DNA of 32,000 nt from Promethearchaeota archaeon (GTDB taxonomy: Archaea; Asgardarchaeota; Lokiarchaeia; Sigyniarchaeales; Promethearchaeaceae). Each line of letters opens with the position of its first letter. The first letter of the stretch is position 1. A program made the translations under genes and the position numbers. Positions 1-9,145 of the stretch are shown in pieces. The stretch spans positions 30,001 through 62,000 of the forward strand of contig JAFGBS010000009.1 of NCBI GenBank assembly GCA_016933055.1. The letters run 5' to 3'. A model generated the notes under the pieces. That model made no database searches. It saw only the letters and a program-made list of their open reading frames with translations, and was not told the origin of the DNA.

Positions 1-669
1 TCGAAAATCATATAATAGCAGGCACAAGTCGTTAGTCGTCTAAAACTCATTCTTTCCCTTTTTTTCAGTCCAAAACCATCCATTATAAGGGTTGAACCAC
101 AGTCACGTTAAGGAAATGCCGAATTTGAAAATAAATACAATTAATCTCTCAAATATTGATATTTTCTTTCCTCATAACATCACGACAGTAAAACCTATTT
201 TTTCTGATTAAGGTTGTTGTACGTAGTAATTGAAAATGTTTTTTTCTCCTTATAATACAGGTACTGATATTCTTATCCTTCGCATAGATATATGTTGATT
301 AAAAATTATCCTCTCATTTGTTTACTGATTATTCGGTTAACGAGCTAAAATGTTTTGATGAGGAGAATATATTAACTATCTCACCATCGTTCTATCGTGC
401 ATTTCTAGGTTCAAAAAAAGAAGAAAATTGTTGATAGAAGAGAATCATTATTTTGATTAGTCAACATGTGTCGTTCGATTTAAATCATTTTTCCTCATTC
501 AACACATGTTAAAGGGGTAACAGTATAGTTCGAATAGGCAACTATATAATATTAAACGGTTCGTGCGGGTAGGTAGTACGGATAAAGCCTCATATCCATA
601 GAATTAAAAACGTAATCAAAAATGCACAATCACTTCACAGATATTGATTTATAAAAAGAAAGAAACCAT

Positions 670-1602
670 TTATTTCCTCTTTTTAATTCTCAGAGTGACA
701 GCAACGATTGAAATGGTACCCACAACAATAACTAATATAGAATTATAACCAGGTATAAAGTTACCAATCTCAAATTCTTCACTAAACGCATAGATGCTGG
801 AGTTCGAAAAATCCACAATTTTTATTCTATAGGTTCCTTTATAATAATCAGGGATGTTCCAAGTATAAGTTCCCTCGTTATTTATTCCAGATGTAATGTA
901 ATCAACTTGATCTTCTCCACTATAAACGTAAAGTGAAATTTTACTAATTGTGCCAGTTGTTTCCCACGTAATTTTCAATTTATCCCTGCAAATCTTACCA
1001 CTTGTCGGGGAGGTTATTGTAAAATCGACCTCTTCGAGGTAATACCAAAATAATCGGGGTTTTGAATAGGACGACTCCTTGCTCCAAAATCTAACATATC
1101 TATTTACATGATTATAAATACAAATGTTTAAGTAATCCCCGGTTGCAACAGCGGATGTAACATTTATTTCAACCATTATATCCGATGCCGAAACAGTCAC
1201 ATTAGTGATGAAATCTCCTTTGGCGGGTTCATTGGTCCCACTTATGGTTGATTCTTCCCAGTCTTCCGTAACATAACATACTGTCAAATTCATTTCCCCC
1301 TCAATAATACCATTATAATCCACGTATAATGTGATAATTACGTTTTCATATTCTTCTGGTCTATCAAGCAGACTAAATCTCATAAAGATTTCCCTTTGTG
1401 CGGAAAGTGCGAGTCCTGCCTGAATAGTATCAGCAGATCCATAGTTTTCTGCGCTACCATCAATCGTTGTTGCATCAGCATCGGCATACACAACGATACT
1501 TTGGACTTTCACGAAAGCACTTCCGTTTGATGTGAAAAGTAATTGTGCAAGTGCGAGAAAAAGTAAACTTGTCACTATTAATGATCTATATTTTAACTTC
1601 AT
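670..1602 (-). CDS. Cell-surface protein: DNRLRE/CBM96-like domain + Ig-like (Kre9/Ser-Thr-rich-GPI-type) domain + Loki-CTERM anchor
   Basis: N-terminal signal peptide. 'IFMRFSL...ITLYV...VCYVTEDWEESTISGTNEP' resembles DNRLRE domains. 'FTITSPT...KITWETTG...GTYTWNIP...YRIKI' is the common Ig-like module. Ends IPGY + hydrophobic helix + RIKKRK. Confidence 0.72.
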   Translation of the reverse strand: MKLKYRSLIVTSLLFLALAQLLFTSNGSAFVKVQSIVVYADADATTIDGSAENYGSADTIQAGLALSAQREIFMRFSLLDRPEEYENVIITLYVDYNGIIEGEMNLTVCYVTEDWEESTISGTNEPAKGDFITNVTVSASDIMVEINVTSAVATGDYLNICIYNHVNRYVRFWSKESSYSKPRLFWYYLEEVDFTITSPTSGKICRDKLKITWETTGTISKISLYVYSGEDQVDYITSGINNEGTYTWNIPDYYKGTYRIKIVDFSNSSIYAFSEEFEIGNFIPGYNSILVIVVGTISIVAVTLRIKKRK

Positions 1603-1807
1603 TTCATTTTCCCTTGTATCAATTTTGGATATTTACTTAAAACGTTGTTATGTTAAATAAATATGATTATTGGACGCAATTAACGAAAGGTAGTAATTTA
1701 TCGTGAGAACTCTCCATCCATAAAAGCAGCCTGTGGTTCCCATAAAAGAGATGTGTTAAATAAGTACATCGGATTTATTTATTAAATCAATTTACTAACA
1801 ATTCTAT

Positions 1808-2452
1808 ATGAGGAAACCTTTCATATTTCTTATTTTTATTCTCTCAGGATTATTTTGGCATCCTATTCCTTATTATGAAGAAGTTTATTTGTACGATCAG
1901 GCGTACATTTATATACTGAGTGCTGGATTAGGGAAGTCAACCTCTATAGAATTATCCGGAGTCACAAATATATCACTGGAGCTAGAAATTTCCTCTGAAA
2001 CTAATTTCACTGTAATTATTGATTATTGTATGTTAGAAGAGAATGATTCCTTTGTAGATTACATTGCAGAACGAGGGTTAACTGACTTAATTCATGGAGA
2101 AAAAGGAGATTTCAACTTTTTTGTATTATTTATAAGAGATCCTTCCATTCTCACAAAAATTAATTCTAGTGTAGCATATAACCGCATTGAACCTAACCTT
2201 ACTACTCATTTCCAGTTTAATTGTTCATTAACTGATGGATCTACTAAAGTGTGGATGTATACCTATGCAGGTTACTACAGTGGAATTACCTACAATTGTG
2301 GTCTTCTCGTTTCCTACACATACTATCTATTAAAATTAAACAATTGGATGTGGATTAGCCCTTTAGTTGCTATAGTGGCATTCTTCGGATTTATTATACC
2401 TTACGCCTTAATTAAAAAGAGGAGGAGAGAAGTGAACCTTCGTGGTTATTAA
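1808..2452 (+). CDS. Hypothetical membrane-anchored surface protein
   Basis: 214-aa ORF with hydrophobic N-terminus and a C-terminal TM helix followed by KKRRR; no recognisable domain. Confidence 0.65.
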   Translation: MRKPFIFLIFILSGLFWHPIPYYEEVYLYDQAYIYILSAGLGKSTSIELSGVTNISLELEISSETNFTVIIDYCMLEENDSFVDYIAERGLTDLIHGEKGDFNFFVLFIRDPSILTKINSSVAYNRIEPNLTTHFQFNCSLTDGSTKVWMYTYAGYYSGITYNCGLLVSYTYYLLKLNNWMWISPLVAIVAFFGFIIPYALIKKRRREVNLRGY

Positions 2453-2734
2453 TAATTGTCTCAGAATCTAACGAAACCGATCTTGCAATTCTAAAATTTA
2501 TTCAATCCCAGATTTACTGGAACCAGAAGAACATACAAAATAACGGGAGTACTTTATTTCTGGATACTATTATATAGTCCTTTAAAATTCTCCCTCGTCT
2601 ATTTTTGTTACCAATATTTCGAAGAGAGTCGAAAGATGTGAAACACAACCTATTTTTCTCTAGAGTCAAATTATTTTTTCTATTTTTTTTTGGAAACTTC
2701 TAGATTTATTATTCTATGAAGCTCAATAAGAATC

Positions 2735-3256
2735 ATGAAGCCTTTAGTGTTCACCGTTATCCTCTCACCTACAAAAGGAATTAACACTGAAGAACTATTC
2801 CGACCATTATCATCAGCTATTCATCACAATATAACATTTAACTATTTATTTGATATATACCGCATACCGGTTGATCGCCCCAATAAAAAAAAAATCTTGT
2901 TGAATATTTGGAAGATTAATATTTGCTCTCATGATAGACCACTAAATAAAAAAATTTCACTAGAAATTTTTCTCCGCACTAACCATATCTCTTGGGCAAT
3001 ACTTATATTTGATATGGCAGATCCAGATTCATATAAAGAATTAATTGCAGAACGAGAGCATTTAGAAGTAACTGGAGGAATCACCAACTTTTCTATTATT
3101 GGAATTCATTCGGATAATGCTGTAGAATCTACCAGACATAATCTCGAAAACCATCTGATGATCTTCGATGATGTTTGTTATGAAATAGATGGGAATTACG
3201 AAAATGTAATAAAACAGTGTATTCAAGAGCTGGCAATCACTATGAATAAGGATTAA
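2735..3256 (+). CDS. Highly degenerate Rab/Ras-like small GTPase-fold protein (pseudo-GTPase)
   Basis: Segments in Ras-family order and spacing: FTVIL (b1), ILLNIWKI (cf. LQIWDT), AILIFDMADPDSYKEL (cf. ALLVFDLTNxxSFENL), IIGIHSD (cf. LVGNKxD). P-loop GK[ST] is absent. Confidence 0.6.
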   Translation: MKPLVFTVILSPTKGINTEELFRPLSSAIHHNITFNYLFDIYRIPVDRPNKKKILLNIWKINICSHDRPLNKKISLEIFLRTNHISWAILIFDMADPDSYKELIAEREHLEVTGGITNFSIIGIHSDNAVESTRHNLENHLMIFDDVCYEIDGNYENVIKQCIQELAITMNKD

Positions 3257-3728
3257 CAAAAAGTATCCCTAAATTTTCGTGTTTTTTTTTCGAACTATAC
3301 AACCAAGAAAACTCTGAAGTGTAAAACCACAATACTCTGAATAAGTTAATAATCAAATTATCTCGGTTGTAGAAAAGAATGGATCATCTTTACAGAAAAT
3401 GGATTTAATTGTGAGAGTGATATACTATTAATCAATTCGATTGCCCCACATTTTTCCGTAATATCATCTGATGCATAAGTGAGATTGATTCCATTCCATA
3501 CTAAATAATTTAGCACTATCTTTGTAATTTCTTATCATAGTTCTGGGGAACTGCGATCATATCCTTGTAAATAATTTTGTCCGAGAGAAAATAAAATCAA
3601 TAAAATCAGTGAAAGTTGGTTCGCATAGGGACAACAGTATCTTTTAAATAGTTGATAAACGATAAAGTATTCCATGCTTTTTTCACGAAAGCATACCCTT
3701 AGTTGTGTAATTAAAAATCGTGAGTATT

Positions 3729-4958
3729 ATGAAAAAAAACGGAATAAAAATCTCTATATTATTAGGGGTATTGATTGCGATTCTTGTATCGGTAAATTTT
3801 GCGATCCAATTTGATACAACCGAAGTAAGATTGACCTTTCAAGAAGCGCAAGAAAAAATAGGGTTCGAGGGTATTCCACAAACATCCGTATCTGGGGATG
3901 GAGTAAATACCTTATCTTACAATGGTCTAGTTCCGGGAGATATCATCCTCCTCGGAACCCCGGGAACAATTTTCGATTATTTGATTCCGGGAGAATTTTC
4001 TCATACCGAGATCTTTTGCGGTCTTGTTCAACCAGGAGAATATATTTGGGATCGAGATTTTCATCAATGGATGGCTGTAGGAACCCCCTATGTGATTCAT
4101 TCTACGAAGAGTGATACTGCTGGAAATGGTCTTGGATATTCAACATGGGGTTATGCAGTTAATGACCACGCAGAAAATGCGGTTGCAGTTCGAGTTGCTG
4201 GATTGACCAATGCTCAACGACAGCAAGCAGTAGATTGGATGAAAAGTCGTCTAAACGGAGGGATCGATGGATACCCGATCGGGCCTGCTTATGATTGGGG
4301 TTGGACATCTAAACAAATTACCGGAACAAACGGATTATCGGGTGTAAACGGATATTATTGCTCTGAAATTGCTTGGGCTGCATACAAATATCTGTTCAAC
4401 ATTGATTTGGATCCGGATGGTGACTCTTGGTCCTGGTCGACAGCATATGGAGTATCTCCCAGCGATTTATACTATGATTCAAATACCTTTGTTGTGGAAA
4501 CCTCAGATTGGGATCCCGCTGATTGCTATTACGTAAAGATAAACATCGTGGGTGTTTATTATGAAGATGATTATGATCCTTGGCCCAAGGGTGCTGGTGA
4601 GGAGTACTTAAAATGGTTTGTTGGTGATGGCTGGGGAGGCGCAGGGTACGTAACAAACAATTTCTACGGCACGATAAGTCGTAATGGTGCCGGATACGTA
4701 TATTGGAAGCGCTCCATGGCAAATGTTCTAATCCCGAAAACTCATCCACTTAAAATTCGGGTTGAGGCGTGGGAGGATGATAGTTGGCCGGATTCAGATG
4801 ATCAATATCCAGTTCATAATTGGTGGGAAAACAACATGCTTAACTATGTGAACCAAGGATGGTTCTGGTGGAATTATTGGGATGCAGGGGATTGTCGCTA
4901 TTGCATCGAATTTTGTGTATCAACAACACCGATAGGTACTTCCCCTAATGGAATCTAA
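3729..4958 (+). CDS. Secreted/anchored permuted papain-like (YiiX/YaeF, permuted NlpC/P60) enzyme with C-terminal acidic C2-like domain
   Basis: PGDIILL...FSHTEIF (catalytic His) precedes YDW...YYCSEIAWAAY (catalytic Cys)...VSPSDL, the permuted order. N-terminal hydrophobic helix. C-terminal beta domain with EDDYDP...GEEY and EAWEDDSWPDSDD motifs. ATG at 3729 preferred over GTG at 3720. Confidence 0.8.
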   Translation: MKKNGIKISILLGVLIAILVSVNFAIQFDTTEVRLTFQEAQEKIGFEGIPQTSVSGDGVNTLSYNGLVPGDIILLGTPGTIFDYLIPGEFSHTEIFCGLVQPGEYIWDRDFHQWMAVGTPYVIHSTKSDTAGNGLGYSTWGYAVNDHAENAVAVRVAGLTNAQRQQAVDWMKSRLNGGIDGYPIGPAYDWGWTSKQITGTNGLSGVNGYYCSEIAWAAYKYLFNIDLDPDGDSWSWSTAYGVSPSDLYYDSNTFVVETSDWDPADCYYVKINIVGVYYEDDYDPWPKGAGEEYLKWFVGDGWGGAGYVTNNFYGTISRNGAGYVYWKRSMANVLIPKTHPLKIRVEAWEDDSWPDSDDQYPVHNWWENNMLNYVNQGWFWWNYWDAGDCRYCIEFCVSTTPIGTSPNGI

Positions 4959-4970
4959 TATTACTCAAGA

Positions 4971-4998
4971 CCCTTCTTTATTCTTTTTATTTTTTTTC
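4971..4998 (+). terminator. Pyrimidine/U-rich archaeal-type terminator
   Basis: cccttctttattctttttattttttttc starting 13 nt after the stop at 4958. Confidence 0.45.
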
Positions 4999-5066
4999 GA
5001 CTAAAAATGAACCGATCCATACTTGTGATCGAGAAATTTTTATAGACCTTATACCCATAGTAAAAT

Positions 5067-5130
5067 GGTGATACTATGTATCAACTTATAATAGGTACTT
5101 CCTAGTATTAGTACTCCGCATAGTATCACC
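5067..5130. repeat. Perfect 12-bp inverted repeat with nested inner hairpin
   Basis: GGTGATACTATG (5067-5078) / CATAGTATCACC (5119-5130); inside it GTACT (5095-5099) / AGTAC (5110-5114). Confidence 0.75.
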
Positions 5131-5536
5131 CCCCATGATGGAAAATCAACTTCTGAAAAATTTTATGTGCTGGAGTATAGGGATCAATCTCCGTACTTTC
5201 TCTCATTTGGTCAAACTAAGAGAATTACGATTGCAGGCGTTTTAGCGATATGTTGATCCCCCATCGTATTAGATGAACCATATTCGAATCTAGATTTTCC
5301 TTCAAGTACCTCATTAATGCAATTCCTTGATCATGAAGTTAAAAATAAGAAGAAAACCATAATTTTTGGAACCCATTTTCGTAATAACATTAACGAGTGG
5401 TCTGATTTTACGGGCTTTCTCGACCAAGGATATGTCTGGTTTAAAGGAGAAAATTCGAATCTATACTATTTTCGGTAAGTGAATCTGCTACGGGGTCCAT
5501 ATAAGAGTAAATTAAAAAGGGAGATAAATTTAGAAT

Positions 5537-6334
5537 TTAAATTTTTTTGAATTTTCGAATTAAGATCACAGTACCGATTATCATTGATGCGAATAGGATA
5601 GAAAAACCATACCCTGGAATCGTCCCTGGAGGAGGTGTATCGCCATTTGGAGCTTCTTCCCCAGTTCCATGGGTGTAACTGGTTCGACGCCATATAAAAT
5701 CTTCAAAAGCTTCTTCTCCCAATCCAGGCTCTTCAGTATCTATCTCATAATAATTCTCATCAACAGAGTAAAGAACATGATCTGAGGTATAGTTTACTAC
5801 GCAGGAATAGGTCCAATCATAACTACTTTCTGAACCACTTCCGGTGAATTTGAAACTTATTTTTGGAGTGGTTTCAGTAAAGCTGAAGGCTGGATAGTTT
5901 GTCTCTAGCCATTGAAAACCCGCTTTCAAATCTGCTAATTCTGTCGAATCAGAAATCAAATTCGTTCCTAAATGTATATCATCTAAAACATCTCCGATAA
6001 AATTACCAGGAGAAGATCCTAAAGATCTCAATGTAATCGGGCTTAGCGAGGCGGGATCATCAATAATTGTACCATTTTGGTTTACACTACCATTGATATA
6101 TGGCATACCATTAAATTCGGGAAAACCATACACGGTAAAAATGATATACCATTCTAAGGTGATTGGATAGGTGAGATATGGAGCATCAATATAATGAGTT
6201 GCATCCCATCGAATGATATCTCCTCCCCTAACACCCCAGTCGGGAGTTGCTGCCTTAGCGGTGGTCATACTTAATAAAAATAAGAACAGAAATAATCCTA
6301 TCGCTGTTTTTTTCGTAGTTTTCATATGAATCAT
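5537..6334 (-). CDS. Acidic cell-surface protein with Loki-CTERM anchor
   Basis: Signal peptide; WGVRGGDIIRW start of mature domain; Pro/Gly linker; IPGY-TM-RKFKK C-terminus. Confidence 0.75.
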   Translation of the reverse strand: MIHMKTTKKTAIGLFLFLFLLSMTTAKAATPDWGVRGGDIIRWDATHYIDAPYLTYPITLEWYIIFTVYGFPEFNGMPYINGSVNQNGTIIDDPASLSPITLRSLGSSPGNFIGDVLDDIHLGTNLISDSTELADLKAGFQWLETNYPAFSFTETTPKISFKFTGSGSESSYDWTYSCVVNYTSDHVLYSVDENYYEIDTEEPGLGEEAFEDFIWRRTSYTHGTGEEAPNGDTPPPGTIPGYGFSILFASMIIGTVILIRKFKKI

Positions 6335-6664
6335 TTGTTTGTTTGTTATTACTCATGATATAATAACTCGTAACTGCTAAGTGATTATCTGCATGAAAGC
6401 TTTCTGTAGGATATATGCAGAAAATTCTTGTCCAAGAGAAGTAATTTTGCTCGCTCTTTGTGTATGACTAGTTCTTTGAAGATAACAGACAAAAGTCCTA
6501 TTAATTATTGGTATCACTTTCCCATCATCGTCACATAACCATAAAAGTGTTACCACAGTATTTCATTAAAATCATTAATACATTTGCGGAGAACAGATGA
6601 AAAATTGTTGCTCAATTACAAATTGGATAGATCCGAATATCCTTCGTGATTTTCTCCATTTCAT

Positions 6665-7459
6665 ATGATTTATTACCCATGTCTTAGAATACAACATATG
6701 GAACGTCTAAATAAGGTCTTCATCTCTTATTCCTACAAGGATGAGATTGCGAGGAGTGAACTTATTTCGAAACTGAATGGTAGGGGCATTAATCCCTATG
6801 TTTTTCCTCCCATTACAGTATCTCCCAATAGATTGAATAGTAATGATCTGATTGAATCCATCCTTCACCATGACAGTATGATTTATATTAAAGGAGAATA
6901 TTCCGATAAATCGTTTTGGGTAGTATTTGAACGAGATTATGCTATGAGAGCACATAAAGAAGTATATTCCTTTGATCCGAGTACTATGAAAATCGAAAAA
7001 TCTCGGCTACCACTACTCGACCTTCCAATTTTTCCCTGTTACATCCATGAAGATTACAAGAAAATTGAGGCAGTATTTGAATTTATGAGAAGGAGGTACA
7101 TCGACTTGGAGACTTTGCACGAGAAATTTTCACCTAAATTGCAGATCGGAGATAGTTTAGCGAATTTTGTTTACAATATACTTCGTAGTGGAAATTACAT
7201 CATATTTTTCTTAACTTCTCATATTCGATCTGAAATGGTAAGTGAAATGAGTAATGTAATGGAATCTCGTCCCGAAAGGATTCTGTTTGCCTTGTTAGAT
7301 AAAGATGCCATTAAAACAATACCAAGCAATCTTCCACCACAAAAAATACTAACGATACCATTATATGGAGACAATATCAGGTCCGAAAAAACACGCTGGC
7401 ATGACCTTATTGTGATGATATATTGGTTGATTCTCCGAAATGCTTACGAATTAGTGTAA
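6665..7459 (+). CDS. TIR-domain protein (TIR_2-like, probably tandem TIR-TIR)
   Basis: KVFISYSYKD...SDKSFWVVFERDYA is the TIR bA and aC with the catalytic Glu. A second block IFPCYIHED...YIIFFLTS...EMVSEM looks like a degenerate second TIR. Alternative start ATG at 6698. Confidence 0.78.
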   Translation: MIYYPCLRIQHMERLNKVFISYSYKDEIARSELISKLNGRGINPYVFPPITVSPNRLNSNDLIESILHHDSMIYIKGEYSDKSFWVVFERDYAMRAHKEVYSFDPSTMKIEKSRLPLLDLPIFPCYIHEDYKKIEAVFEFMRRRYIDLETLHEKFSPKLQIGDSLANFVYNILRSGNYIIFFLTSHIRSEMVSEMSNVMESRPERILFALLDKDAIKTIPSNLPPQKILTIPLYGDNIRSEKTRWHDLIVMIYWLILRNAYELV

Positions 7460-7491
7460 ATTTCTCCCTTCGGATTTAAATAAAAACGAGT

Positions 7492-7500
7492 AAAAAAAAA
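7492..7500 (-). terminator. Oligo-U terminator
   Basis: A9 on the plus strand just past the stop of the minus-strand gene ending at 7512. Confidence 0.4.
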
Positions 7501-7511
7501 TAATTTATTTT

Positions 7512-8192
7512 TTAGGCACTAACTTTCTTCTTTCGATTTAGAATTACTGGTAGAACTGCAACGGATGCAATACCGAATCCAATGAGTACCCATAATCCCG
7601 CACTGAGTGTATTACTCTCGGTTATTGTCCAGACTGAAAAGTGTTCAGTTTCTGTAACTAACATTCCATCCTCATAGGAAGATTCCACTTCAACCCATTC
7701 CTCAGTATCTTCATTGAAATAAGCCCAGCTAAGTCTATCGGCATCCCCTTGAGTCATTTCCATACCCAATCGGGCTTTTACCGACATATTCGAATCAATT
7801 TGTATCGCGAAGCCCACTCGAATTTGATGACGGTGTTGGTTTCGGATAGTGGATCCGTTTTGAACTCCTAATTGTTCTTGATCTCGTCTCAGCGTCATAT
7901 TTAATTCAAATTCGCGTGTGGCATTAAGGATATCAATGGAAAAGGTTTTATCCCCAATATTATTTGCATCACAATCTATATTGATATTTACATCTGCTGA
8001 ACTATTCACTCTGACTCGAGTTCGAGCACGAAACCGGTAGGTTGCTTGCGTTTGTGCCTGCAATTTTGTTTGATATTTATCTTGTCCTACCTCTATATCC
8101 CCTTGAGCAGCGACTATGGAAGTCGAAAGGGTCGCAATGGTTCCTAATAAGACCATTCCTAATACGATGTAGGATATGTATTTTTTGTTCAT
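7512..8192 (-). CDS. Single-pass surface protein with a juxtamembrane HFS (GPS/ZU5-like) motif
   Basis: Signal peptide; WAYFNEDTEEW...TEHFSVWTI; C-terminal TM followed by RKKK. Confidence 0.7.
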   Translation of the reverse strand: MNKKYISYIVLGMVLLGTIATLSTSIVAAQGDIEVGQDKYQTKLQAQTQATYRFRARTRVRVNSSADVNINIDCDANNIGDKTFSIDILNATREFELNMTLRRDQEQLGVQNGSTIRNQHRHQIRVGFAIQIDSNMSVKARLGMEMTQGDADRLSWAYFNEDTEEWVEVESSYEDGMLVTETEHFSVWTITESNTLSAGLWVLIGFGIASVAVLPVILNRKKKVSA

Positions 8193-8536
8193 TTAATTTT
8201 CACTTTAATGGAAAATATTCCAAGTATAACAAATGGACCTTTGATATATAAGGATTGAAGTGCGCTTCTCCCCATATCATCGTTCTGGTATACTTTACCC
8301 CTTTTCGGACAACATATTTTGAGCGTAAAATATTTTCACTTTATTTTAACCATTCTATTATCGGAAAATATCTTTCACCCTATATCTTCCAGCCAAAAAT
8401 TAAGTAGATTTTGACGGATGCCTTCATTCAGAATGAAAATGACAGAAAGCTATAAAAATCCTAACATTGATTTGATATTTATCTGAGATATATTTAATTG
8501 ACTATACCTAAAAGCCTATAAACGGAGTAGGATCAC

Positions 8537-9145
8537 TTGGAAAATTATCTGTTTAAAATCCTTTTAGGGGGGTGCGTTGGTCGCCAACGAACGGAGATTA
8601 TGAAACAATTTACTACCGGACGGTTTCATCCGGATACTAGTTTTATAATTGGGGTCGATTTTGCGGTGCACTTTTTAGACCTACCGGAGAAAGAGGGGGC
8701 AGTTACGCTTCAGATCTGGGATTTCGGTGAAGAAAAGCGGTTTCGCACTTTAGTTTCCTGTTTTTGCCAGGGTGCCGCAGGAGCAATGCTATTTTTTGAT
8801 CTACATGACCAAGATACACTTTATGATTTGGAAGAATGGATTCACCTTATTAGGAAATATACACACAACATCCCAATTATTTTGTGTGGTGTAAACTGTA
8901 AAGAAACAACAAAATCAGAACAACAATCAAATTTAGATGAACTTGACAGAATAAATGAGGAAGATATCCACGATTTCTTGAATAAACATCATTTTCGCGG
9001 ATATTATGATATCCATATGGAATCCGGTCGGAATATTACGGAATCTTTTGAGTATTTATCCGCGCTGATGGTGCAACAGTGGCCATCCTCGGTGCTGAAT
9101 CAAAGCACTCGAATCGAAACATTGTTACCGAATCAAATTCGGTAA
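8537..9145 (+). CDS. Rab-like small GTPase with degenerate nucleotide-binding motifs
   Basis: YLFKILLGG, IGVDF, VTLQIWDFG, RFRTL, GAAGAMLFFDL, LEEWI, IPIILCG and NITESFEYL are clear Rab-like segments. G1 reads GCVGRQRT and G4 reads GVNCKE. TTG start with GGAG (8524-8527) upstream. Confidence 0.85.
   Translation: MENYLFKILLGGCVGRQRTEIMKQFTTGRFHPDTSFIIGVDFAVHFLDLPEKEGAVTLQIWDFGEEKRFRTLVSCFCQGAAGAMLFFDLHDQDTLYDLEEWIHLIRKYTHNIPIILCGVNCKETTKSEQQSNLDELDRINEEDIHDFLNKHHFRGYYDIHMESGRNITESFEYLSALMVQQWPSSVLNQSTRIETLLPNQIR

Noticed and set aside
1-50. Possible start of a minus-strand gene running off the window edge (ATG at 50: MSFRRLTTCACYYMIF...)
   Set aside because: Only 16 codons are visible; it cannot be supported or identified.
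3350-3590. Protein-like minus-strand reading frame broken by stops (…QNYLQGYDRSSPEL**EITKIVLNYLVWNGINLT…)
   Set aside because: Could be a decayed gene, but there is no recognisable family; not supportable without a search.
4396-4749. Antisense/alternative-frame ORFs in the track (e.g. 3062-3259, 4396-4749, 5466-5693, 9492-9680, 10415-10696, 13176-13613, 14387-14629, 20869-21207, 22381-22710, 28219-28410)
   Set aside because: They overlap well-supported genes on the other strand or frame and lack recognisable motifs; shadow ORFs.
5067-5130. SECIS or C/D-box RNA reading of the hairpin
   Set aside because: No selenoprotein upstream and no convincing AUGA/GA kink-turn core or paired C/D boxes.
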